A DNA stretch of 11,173 nt from Gemmatimonadales bacterium (GTDB lineage Bacteria > Gemmatimonadota > Gemmatimonadetes > Gemmatimonadales > GWC2-71-9): contig DATECF010000339.1 of the NCBI GenBank assembly GCA_035287045.1, forward strand, positions 1 to 11,173, in the 5' to 3' direction. Shown here piece after piece: positions 1-6,624 of this stretch. The number at the start of each line of letters is the position of its first letter. The stretch's first letter is position 1. The notes under the pieces are model-generated. The model did no database searches. It was not told the DNA's origin and saw nothing but the letters and a program-made list of their open reading frames with translations. A program made the translations under genes and the position numbers.

Positions 1-50
1 GGGCGTGCCAGGAGTAGTTTCTGTCCGTCCCTCCTTCTGTGAGTACGACC

Positions 51-326
51 GTGTGCCGGAACATCCGCCCATTGTTCAACTTCGCGCCCCCGGCGACGCC
101 GGACGAGCTGCGCGACGCCTCGCTGCAGTTCGTCCGGAAAGTGAGCGGCTTCCACCACCCGTCCAAGGCCAATCAAGCCGCCTTCGAACAGGCCGTCGTC
201 GAGGTGACCGGCGTGATCCAGCGGCTTCTCGACGGGCTGGTGACCAACGCGGAGCCACGGGATCGCGAGGTCGAGCGTGCTCGCGCGAAGGCGCGGGCGG
301 TGAAGCGATTCGCGCGGGCGCCCTGA
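51..326 (+). CDS. Small DUF2277-family protein (~91 aa). The start is ambiguous between GTG at 51 and GTG at 39.
   Basis: Translation from GTG51 gives (M)CRNIRPLFNFAPPATPDELRDASLQFVRKVSGFHHPSKANQAAFEQAV...REVERARAKARA. The N-terminal CRNI..LFNF.PPAT...R.A.LQ(F/Y)VRK.SG...PS.AN..AF motif matches DUF2277 proteins as I remember them, which start MCRNI. Codon usage is GC3-rich. The overlapping frame 5..364 is Arg-rich junk. Confidence 0.6.
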   Translation: MCRNIRPLFNFAPPATPDELRDASLQFVRKVSGFHHPSKANQAAFEQAVVEVTGVIQRLLDGLVTNAEPRDREVERARAKARAVKRFARAP

Positions 327-388
327 TGCGCCGTGCAACGCTCCGGGCCCTCGTGGGCATCTAACCTCAGAACCCCACCGGAGCCCCT

Positions 389-2851
389 ATGCAGGATGTC
401 CGCGACGCTCTCCGCGCCCTGCGTGCCACGCCGCTGGTTTCCGCCGTCGCGGTCCTCTCCCTGGCACTCGGCATTGGCGCGAACACCGCCATCTTCTCCA
501 TCGTTAACAGCCTGCTGCTGCGCGCGCTGCCGGTCCACGAGCCGGAGCGCCTGGTGATGGTGTCGTCCGGGGACGATGCCTCATGGTCGTGGACCAATCC
601 CATCTGGGAGCAGATCCGTGACCGCCCGGAGCTGTTCGAGGGCGCCCTCGCTTGGGGAACCACGCGGTTCGATCTGTCGCAGGGCGGCCAGACTGACCTG
701 GTAAACGGGGTCTGGGCCAGCGGGAGCTTTTTCCGAGTTCTGGGAGTGCCCGCCATCCTGGGCCGGACCTTCACCGAAGCGGACGACGTGCGGAGCGGCG
801 GGCCGGACGGTCCGGTCGCGGTGATCAGCTACGGGTTCTGGCAACGGCGTTTTGGCGGCGCAACAAACGTGATCGGCCGCGCGGTCACGCTGAACCGAGC
901 GGCGTACACTATTGTGGGCGTCACGTGGCCCGAGTTCTTCGGGACCGATGTGGGGCGCAGCTTCGACGTGGCCGTGCCCATCGGGACCGAGGCCGTGATG
1001 CGGGGGCCGGAGCATCGTCTGGACCGGCGGTCGTACTGGTGGCTCTCGGTCATGGCACGGCTCAGTCCGGGGCAATCGGTGGACGCCGCGACGACGGCGA
1101 TTCGGAGCGCCCAGGCGGGGATCCGCGAGGCGACGCTGCCGCAGGACTGGAGGGATACCGGCGGCTATCTCCGCGATGCATTCAGCCTGGTGCCGGCCGC
1201 CACGGGCGACTCGTTCCTCCGCTCTCGATATCAGCGGCCCCTGCTCACGCTCATGGTCGTCGTCGCGCTGGTGTTGCTGATCGCGTGCGCCAACATCGCT
1301 AACTTACTGATGGCGCGCGCCACCGCCCGCCGCCATGAACTCAGTGTGCGCCAGGCACTCGGGGCCTCTCGCTGGCGGCTCGGCCGCCAGCTCCTGGCCG
1401 AGAGCCTGCTCCTCGCCGGCTTCGGCGCCGTGCTGGGTTTGGCCTTCGCCGTCTGGGGTGGCAGCTTGCTGGTACGCCAGCTCTCCCCGAGCACCAACGC
1501 CGTGTTCCTCGATCTATCGCTCGATTGGCGCGTCCTGGGGTTCACCGCGGCCGCGGCCGTCGGCACCGCTCTGGTGTTCGGCACAGCGCCCGCTCTGGGC
1601 GCCACCCGCGTCGCCCCGATCGACGCCTTGAAGGAGCAGGGTCGGGGCGCGGGAGGCGGGCGAATGGGCCTGAGCGGCTCGCTCGTGGTGGCTCAGGTGG
1701 CGCTCTCGCTGGTGCTCATCTTCGCGGCGGGCCTCTTCGTCCGCACCTTGTCCAAGCTTACCACGCTCGACACCGGGTTCAACGCCAGCCCAGTGTTGCT
1801 CGTGACGGTGAACGCCCAGAGCAGTGGGGTTGAGCCCGCCGAGCGGGCTGCGCTGTTCGAGCGCGCGCGGCAAGCCGTGGCAGCGCTTCCGGGCGTGGCG
1901 AGCGCCGCTTTGTCGGCGGTGACCCCGGTCAGCGGGAGCCGGTGGCAGTACTCAGCGACGGTGGTGGGCGAAGGGCCACCGCCCGACGATCAGCGCGGCA
2001 TCTACGTGAACCCGCTGAGCCCCGACTGGTTCACGACCTACGGGACGCTGCTGCTCGCCGGCCGTGACTTCGATGATCGGGACGCCCTCGGCGCACCCGG
2101 CGTCGCGATTGTCAATCAGGCGTTCGCGCGCCGGTTCCTCACGGGTGCAAACCCGATCGGCCGGATGGTCCAGGAGATGCGCGGGACGAGGGAGAGCCCC
2201 CCACCGATCGAGATCGTGGGCCTGGCGGCCGATGCGGTGTACAGTTCGCTCCGCGAGCCGGTTCCGCCCACGCTGTACCTGCCGTTGGCGCAGCAGCCCG
2301 GGCAGGCGTCCACCACCACCCTCAGCATCCGGTCCGGGCTGCGCGGGTCGCCAGCTTCGCTGACACGGAGCGTGGCGGACGCCATCGGCCAGGTAGATCG
2401 AGATCTCACGCTCACCTTCCGCCCCCTGGCCGATCAGGTCAATGCGGCCCTTACCCAGGAACGGCTGTTGGCGATGCTATCCGGCTTCTTTGGGGGCCTG
2501 GCATTGCTCCTCGCCGGCCTGGGACTCTATGGAGTCACGGCGTATGCCGTGCACCGGCGGCGCGGGGAGCTGGGCATCCGGATGGCGCTCGGTGCACCGC
2601 CCCAAGACGTGGTCCGGCTGGTGCTGCGGCGGGTTGGGCTCCTGGTGGGAGCCGGCGTGGTGCTGGGCGCGCTGGCGAGCTGGTGGAGCGCCCCGCTGGT
2701 GCAGGCGCTGCTCTACGGCGTGGATCCGCGCGATCCCTGGCTGTTCGTGCTGGCTGCCCTGGTGCTCGCGGCGTGCGGCGCCCTGGCCGGTTGGGGGCCG
2801 GCTCGGCGCGCCGCGCGCATCGATCCGGTGGAGACGCTCCGGGAAGGCTAG
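389..2851 (+). CDS. ABC-transporter permease of the MacB-like/FtsX family with duplicated FtsX domains (ADOP-type) and no nucleotide-binding domain.
   Basis: 820 aa. The N-terminus, MQDVRDALRALRATPLVSAVAVLSLALGIGANTAIFSIVNSLLL, is a typical MacB periplasmic-core-domain start with TM1. There are two FtsX-like 3-TM modules (around aa 290-390 and around aa 690-815), each following a large periplasmic domain. GGAG lies 5 nt upstream of ATG389. The stop is TAG at 2849..2851. Confidence 0.9.
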   Translation: MQDVRDALRALRATPLVSAVAVLSLALGIGANTAIFSIVNSLLLRALPVHEPERLVMVSSGDDASWSWTNPIWEQIRDRPELFEGALAWGTTRFDLSQGGQTDLVNGVWASGSFFRVLGVPAILGRTFTEADDVRSGGPDGPVAVISYGFWQRRFGGATNVIGRAVTLNRAAYTIVGVTWPEFFGTDVGRSFDVAVPIGTEAVMRGPEHRLDRRSYWWLSVMARLSPGQSVDAATTAIRSAQAGIREATLPQDWRDTGGYLRDAFSLVPAATGDSFLRSRYQRPLLTLMVVVALVLLIACANIANLLMARATARRHELSVRQALGASRWRLGRQLLAESLLLAGFGAVLGLAFAVWGGSLLVRQLSPSTNAVFLDLSLDWRVLGFTAAAAVGTALVFGTAPALGATRVAPIDALKEQGRGAGGGRMGLSGSLVVAQVALSLVLIFAAGLFVRTLSKLTTLDTGFNASPVLLVTVNAQSSGVEPAERAALFERARQAVAALPGVASAALSAVTPVSGSRWQYSATVVGEGPPPDDQRGIYVNPLSPDWFTTYGTLLLAGRDFDDRDALGAPGVAIVNQAFARRFLTGANPIGRMVQEMRGTRESPPPIEIVGLAADAVYSSLREPVPPTLYLPLAQQPGQASTTTLSIRSGLRGSPASLTRSVADAIGQVDRDLTLTFRPLADQVNAALTQERLLAMLSGFFGGLALLLAGLGLYGVTAYAVHRRRGELGIRMALGAPPQDVVRLVLRRVGLLVGAGVVLGALASWWSAPLVQALLYGVDPRDPWLFVLAALVLAACGALAGWGPARRAARIDPVETLREG

Positions 2852-3330
2852 CGGGTCACACGCACCCTCACCGACGTGGTCTGCCAGGATCGCTCATCGG
2901 AAGGTCGGTTGCTGGCGGCGAGGATCAACTCCTCCCCCCCTTCGCGCAGCGCCGTCACCTTGAGCTTGGCCTCCGGGGCATCACCGGTCGTCACCACCGA
3001 CGTAGGCGCCACGTCCACCGCGGCGGGGAACGAGATGAGCTGAATAGTCCCGGCGATAGACCGGGCGTTGCGCCGCAACAGGAACCGTGGTTTGTACTTC
3101 AGCGCCACCGTCAGCTCCTGCGACGCCCCCACCGCGAGTTGCATTTGCGTGGGCGCCACGGTGATCCAGGCCTCCGTGCCCCGGTTGAACCACGCATAGC
3201 CCGCCACGACCACCAGGACCGCCAAGGCTGCGAGCTTGGCGGGCTGGTGGCGCAAGCGATTGAGCCGCTCCGCGAGCGTGGGTGGCTTCGGCTTTGGAGG
3301 CTTGCCGAACGCGGTTCCGCCTTTGGTCAT
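2848..3330 (-). CDS. Hypothetical bitopic membrane protein (160 aa), translationally coupled to the upstream metalloprotease.
   Basis: It has a Lys/Pro-rich cytoplasmic N-tail (GKPPKPKPPTLAERL), a single TM helix (LAALAVLVVVAGYAWF) and a ~110-aa extracytoplasmic beta-rich domain. The ATG at 3328..3330 overlaps the protease TGA (3327..3329) as ATGA. On the minus strand a GGAG sits 5 nt upstream of the ATG (plus-strand ctcc at 3336..3339). Amino-acid composition looks real, unlike the Arg-rich shadow ORFs on the + strand. Confidence 0.65.
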   Translation of the reverse strand: MTKGGTAFGKPPKPKPPTLAERLNRLRHQPAKLAALAVLVVVAGYAWFNRGTEAWITVAPTQMQLAVGASQELTVALKYKPRFLLRRNARSIAGTIQLISFPAAVDVAPTSVVTTGDAPEAKLKVTALREGGEELILAASNRPSDERSWQTTSVRVRVTR

Positions 3331-3339
3331 CGTCGCTCC
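3327..3339 (-). promoter_or_regulatory. SD and ATGA coupling junction between the metalloprotease and the downstream small membrane protein.
   Basis: The minus strand reads CCGGAGCGACGATGACC. GGAG sits 5 nt upstream of ATG (3328..3330), and that ATG overlaps the protease TGA (3327..3329). Confidence 0.5.
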
Positions 3340-5897
3340 GGTTCCAGGATGTCGCGAATCTGGTCGCGCGCATCCTCAAGGTGGGCCCGGGTCATGCGGT
3401 CGGCGGCCCGGGCAAGGGCTCGCTGAATCGAGGCCTCGAGCGCCCGCAGCTCGCTGCGGAAGGCGGCCTTGATGTCGCTGGTGGCGCGCGCCGGCCCGAA
3501 CTGCTGCGCCAACTGCGCCGGGATGCCGGCGGGCGTCGCCTGCGCCGGCGGCCTGATCTTGACGCGCACCGCCGCCAGATAGCTGCGCTGCAGTTCGCGC
3601 CGGAAGGGATCGATCGCGACCCGCGATCCGGCGAGCTCGCTCCAGATGCCGTTGCGGACGTCCGCCAGCATTTCCACCAATCCGTAGGCATCGCCATTCT
3701 GGTGGTCCAGCGCCTCGAACTCGACCAGACGCTCCAGGCGGCGATCGTTGAAGAGCGTGCTGAGCACGCCGTTTTGCGCGGCATTGATCCGGCGAAGCGC
3801 CCCTTCCACTTCGATCCTCCGGAGAATGTCGTTCACCAGGAAGAAGGTGGGCGTGGCGAAGGCGTTCTCGTTCAGGAACCGGACGGCGTCCTGCTGGCGG
3901 GCGCGGGGCCAGGGTCGGTACCTCGCGCCGTCCTGCCCGGCGTACTTCTCCTGCGCCTCCGCGCCGCCCACCATGATGGCTACGTGGCGCAGCTCGGTGG
4001 CCCACTGGTTGATCAGGCGCCCGTACATGAGGCTCAGGTCGTCGTAGTCCTCGCCCGGGTGCACCGTGGCTGGAACCACCAGCGGCACGATCTGCTTGAT
4101 GCTCCGGATGCCCCAGCCGGTGGCCTTCACCGGGTCCCCGTCGCCAACCGCCTCACTGTGGTCCCCGGGGTCGGCGCCTCGCGAGTCGGACATGCTGAAC
4201 CGATACCAGGGGGTGGCGTCCTGCTCCCGCGACCAGCGCTCCAGCGTGGCCCGTTCATCGTCCGGGGTGCGGGCGTCCGGAATGGGGGTGTAGCCCCAGC
4301 GCGTGGTGTACGTATCCCACGGACCGGTCCGCGGGATCAGATGCTCCAGCGCGATGCCGTCTTCCGGCTGCGCCAGATAGTTGAAGCGGGAGTAGTCCAT
4401 GATGGAGGGCGAGTGCCCCATGCGCGCCGCCCACGTCCGGCTCCGCAGCGAATCCACCGGATAGAGGGAGCTGCCCTTCTGATCGTGCTGGTACCCCAGC
4501 GTGTGCCCCACCTCATGGGCCACGACGAACTGCACCAGCCGGCCCATCAGCGAGTCCGGCACCGGCCACATCCGGGCGCGCGGGTCGAGATGCCCCACCT
4601 GCGTGAAGTACCACGACCGCTGGAGATTCATGATGTTGTGGTACATGTAGATGTCGGACTCGAGGATCTCGCCGGTCCGCGGGTCGTGCACGTTGGGGCC
4701 GGTCGCGTTCTCAATGGTCGAGGGGAACCAGCGCACCACCGAGTAGCGCGCGTCTTCCGGCGACCAGTCGGGATCCTGATCCGGCGTGGGCGGGTCGGCG
4801 GCGACGATGGCCCGCCGGAATCCCGCGGCCTCGAACGCCGGCTGCCAGTCCTCGATGCCCCGCTTGACCCAGGGTTTCAGCCAGTCCGGTGTCGCCGGAT
4901 CCACGTAGTACACGATGGGCTTCACCGGCTCCGACACCGCGGCGGACGGGTCTTGCTTCTCCAGCCGCCAGCGCACGATGTACCGGCGCTCCTCGGCGCG
5001 CTGCTCGGGGCGGCCGTAGTCCAATTGCTGAATGGAGAAGAACCCGATGCGTTTGTCGGCCAGTCGCGGGATCATCGGGTTGTCCGGCAGCTTGACCATG
5101 CTCCAGTGCATCAACAGGCTGGCGGTGCCGGACACGGCCGGCGCGAAGGGGCTGGGCGCCGGGGTCGGAGCCGCGGTGACCGGTGGAGCCGGGTAGGTGA
5201 GCGTGGCCTCCACTTCCACGTTTTCCGGGAACGAAAGCACCCGCTCGATGAACGAGCGATTCGCATCCGGCTGGGTCCGGAACCGCGTGCCCGGGCCCAG
5301 CTCGGGCGGCGGAGCCGTGTAGAGCCGGGTGACCTCGATGACGGCGGCGCTGTCCCCGCCGTAGGCCTCCACGTTGAACGCGGCGACGACGACGTCGTTG
5401 TTGGAGTTGCGCACGGCCTGGTAAATGGGCGTCGTCGAGTCGGCGACGGTCACGTACGAGACGGTTCGCAACAGGACGCGGTGACCGCGGCGCTCCCACC
5501 TCAGCACCCGGCTGGGTCCCAGCTGCTGCCCGCCGTAGCCCAGGTTGACCGGCACCCGTGCGGCGCGCGTCACCAACAGCATCTCCTTACCCTGCTGGCT
5601 CCGGGGAATCTCGAAGTAGAGCCGGCTCCCGATCCGGTGGGTCTTGAACAGGCCGTCCCGGGTCTGCGCCTCGCCGGTAATGACCCGATTGTAGGGGCGG
5701 GGCCGCGGCTCACCGGCCTGCGGCGGTCCACCGGGCCGCTGGGCGGTATCGCCCTGCTGCGCGCCCACGGCTTGCGGTTGGCCGGGCGCGTCGGGCCGCG
5801 CGGGCTGCGGCGAGGGCGACGGCGCCGCGCTGGAACGGCCGCATCCGGCGAGGGCGAGGCCTAACGCGAGCACGACGAGCGGACGAACGGTGGTCAT
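3327..5897 (-). CDS. Secreted lipoprotein zinc metalloprotease (metzincin-type). It resembles the DUF4953/DUF5117/DUF5118-containing 'zinc-dependent metalloprotease' family.
   Basis: The start is assigned to ATG 5895..5897. MTTVRPLVVLALGLALAGC is a lipoprotein signal peptide with a LAGC lipobox, and the Cys codon sits at 5841..5843. A Pro/Gln/Ala-rich tether follows. HEVGHTLGYQHD (4482..4517) is a HExxHxxGxxH/D metzincin signature, with a downstream Met-turn candidate SIMDY. The tool ORF extends upstream to 7163, but that part is antisense to nfeD/flotillin and is rejected. Confidence 0.85.
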   Translation of the reverse strand: MTTVRPLVVLALGLALAGCGRSSAAPSPSPQPARPDAPGQPQAVGAQQGDTAQRPGGPPQAGEPRPRPYNRVITGEAQTRDGLFKTHRIGSRLYFEIPRSQQGKEMLLVTRAARVPVNLGYGGQQLGPSRVLRWERRGHRVLLRTVSYVTVADSTTPIYQAVRNSNNDVVVAAFNVEAYGGDSAAVIEVTRLYTAPPPELGPGTRFRTQPDANRSFIERVLSFPENVEVEATLTYPAPPVTAAPTPAPSPFAPAVSGTASLLMHWSMVKLPDNPMIPRLADKRIGFFSIQQLDYGRPEQRAEERRYIVRWRLEKQDPSAAVSEPVKPIVYYVDPATPDWLKPWVKRGIEDWQPAFEAAGFRRAIVAADPPTPDQDPDWSPEDARYSVVRWFPSTIENATGPNVHDPRTGEILESDIYMYHNIMNLQRSWYFTQVGHLDPRARMWPVPDSLMGRLVQFVVAHEVGHTLGYQHDQKGSSLYPVDSLRSRTWAARMGHSPSIMDYSRFNYLAQPEDGIALEHLIPRTGPWDTYTTRWGYTPIPDARTPDDERATLERWSREQDATPWYRFSMSDSRGADPGDHSEAVGDGDPVKATGWGIRSIKQIVPLVVPATVHPGEDYDDLSLMYGRLINQWATELRHVAIMVGGAEAQEKYAGQDGARYRPWPRARQQDAVRFLNENAFATPTFFLVNDILRRIEVEGALRRINAAQNGVLSTLFNDRRLERLVEFEALDHQNGDAYGLVEMLADVRNGIWSELAGSRVAIDPFRRELQRSYLAAVRVKIRPPAQATPAGIPAQLAQQFGPARATSDIKAAFRSELRALEASIQRALARAADRMTRAHLEDARDQIRDILEPERR

Positions 5898-5963
5898 GTG
5901 ACGTCTCACCGGGAAGCGGGAAGGAGGGAAGTTAAGGCGGAAGCGGCGCACGTCCATTGTGCT

Positions 5964-5992
5964 CCCCGGCGGAACCTTACTTGCCGCCGGGT
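5964..5992. promoter_or_regulatory. Perfect 8-bp GC-rich inverted repeat (hairpin or operator candidate) in the divergent intergenic region.
   Basis: CCCGGCGG at 5965..5972 and CCGCCGGG at 5984..5991 are exact reverse complements, separated by an 11-nt loop (AACCTTACTTG). This lies in the 144-bp region between the divergent protease (-) and nfeD (+) starts. It overlaps a weak sigma70-like -35 candidate, TTGCCG, at 5981..5986. Confidence 0.3.
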
Positions 5993-6041
5993 CCGGGGCG
6001 CGGCAGATTGGTAACCCCAGACGGACGGCGGGGTACCGGGC

Positions 6042-6617
6042 ATGCTGGGTTTCTACGTATTCGCCGCCGTGCTCGGCGGCGGGTTGCTGCTCTTGTCTCA
6101 GTTCGCGGGCGACCACGGTAACGGTGGCGCCGGGGATCACGGCGACGCGTCCGACTTCGGTGCCCACGGTCCCGCGGAGCTGCTCCTCGGCTTCTTCCGC
6201 CCGCGGAACTTCATCTTCTTCCTGGCGGCGTTCGGGATCACCGGGACGCTGCTGACCGTGACCGGCGGCGCGGCGCCCGCGACCCTGGGCCTCAGTGCGC
6301 TCATGGGCGTTCTGGCCATGGCGTTGACCCACGGGGTGTTCACCTGGCTCCGCCGCAGCGACACGGCGACCGACACGGTGGCCGACGCCGACCTCGAGGG
6401 CGGCGTCGGACGGGTGGTCCTTCCGGTCCGGCCGGGCGAGCGCGGGCGGATTGCCTGCGTGGTGGGCGATCAGGAGATGCACGTGACCGCCCGCCTGATG
6501 GAAGGCGCTCACGAAGCGTTGGAGCTGGGCCGCGAGGTCGTGGTGATCCGGATGATTGACGGGGAGGCCGAAGTCTCGGCCCTCGAGCCGCCCCCGCTTC
6601 CACCAGCAAGCATGTGA
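6042..6617 (+). CDS. NfeD-like membrane protein (short YuaF/YqiJ type) with a C-terminal OB-fold domain.
   Basis: 191 aa with three predicted TM helices (FYVFAAVLGGGLLLL; FIFFLAAFGITGTLLTV; LGLSALMGVLAMALTHGVF). A C-terminal beta-barrel-like segment follows (GRVVLPVRPGERGRIACVVGDQEMHVTARL...VVVIRMIDGEAEVSAL). It sits immediately upstream of a flotillin gene, the classic NfeD-SPFH operon arrangement. Confidence 0.75.
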   Translation: MLGFYVFAAVLGGGLLLLSQFAGDHGNGGAGDHGDASDFGAHGPAELLLGFFRPRNFIFFLAAFGITGTLLTVTGGAAPATLGLSALMGVLAMALTHGVFTWLRRSDTATDTVADADLEGGVGRVVLPVRPGERGRIACVVGDQEMHVTARLMEGAHEALELGREVVVIRMIDGEAEVSALEPPPLPPASM

Positions 6618-6624
6618 GGGAATC

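Noticed and set aside
327-388. Intrinsic terminator after the DUF2277 gene
   Set aside because: Only a 4-bp GCCC/GGGC inverted repeat is present, with no U-tract. This is not enough to call a terminator.
2442-3426. + strand ORFs 2442..2963 (173 aa) and 2683..3426 (247 aa)
   Set aside because: They lie out of frame or antisense across the permease 3' end and the small membrane gene. Their Trp/Arg/Cys-rich composition is typical of GC-frame artefacts.
4711-5499. - strand 262-aa ORF inside the protease gene in another frame
   Set aside because: It is an alternate-frame artefact (Arg/Gly-rich) fully embedded in a well-supported CDS.
3282-5864. 860-aa ORF on the + strand spanning almost the whole protease gene
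   Set aside because: Its translation is Arg/Gly/Pro-rich low complexity (RRRRRAG..., GRRGRSRGDRW) with no motifs, which is the typical antisense shadow of a high-GC gene. The - strand frame carries the lipobox and HExxH signatures.
5981-6009. Sigma70-like promoter for nfeD (TTGCCG -35 at 5981..5986, CAGATT -10 at 6004..6009)
   Set aside because: The -10 matches only 3 of 6 consensus positions. The lineage's promoter consensus is unknown to me. It is mentioned inside the intergenic finding but not called as a feature.
6556-6624. ATG6556 as the flotillin start
   Set aside because: It would overlap nfeD by 62 nt and add a hydrophilic Arg/Ser/Pro leader (MTGRPKSRPSSRPRF...) before the N-terminal TM. 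GTG6625 after the nfeD stop, with an upstream GAGGG, fits better. The start remains somewhat uncertain.
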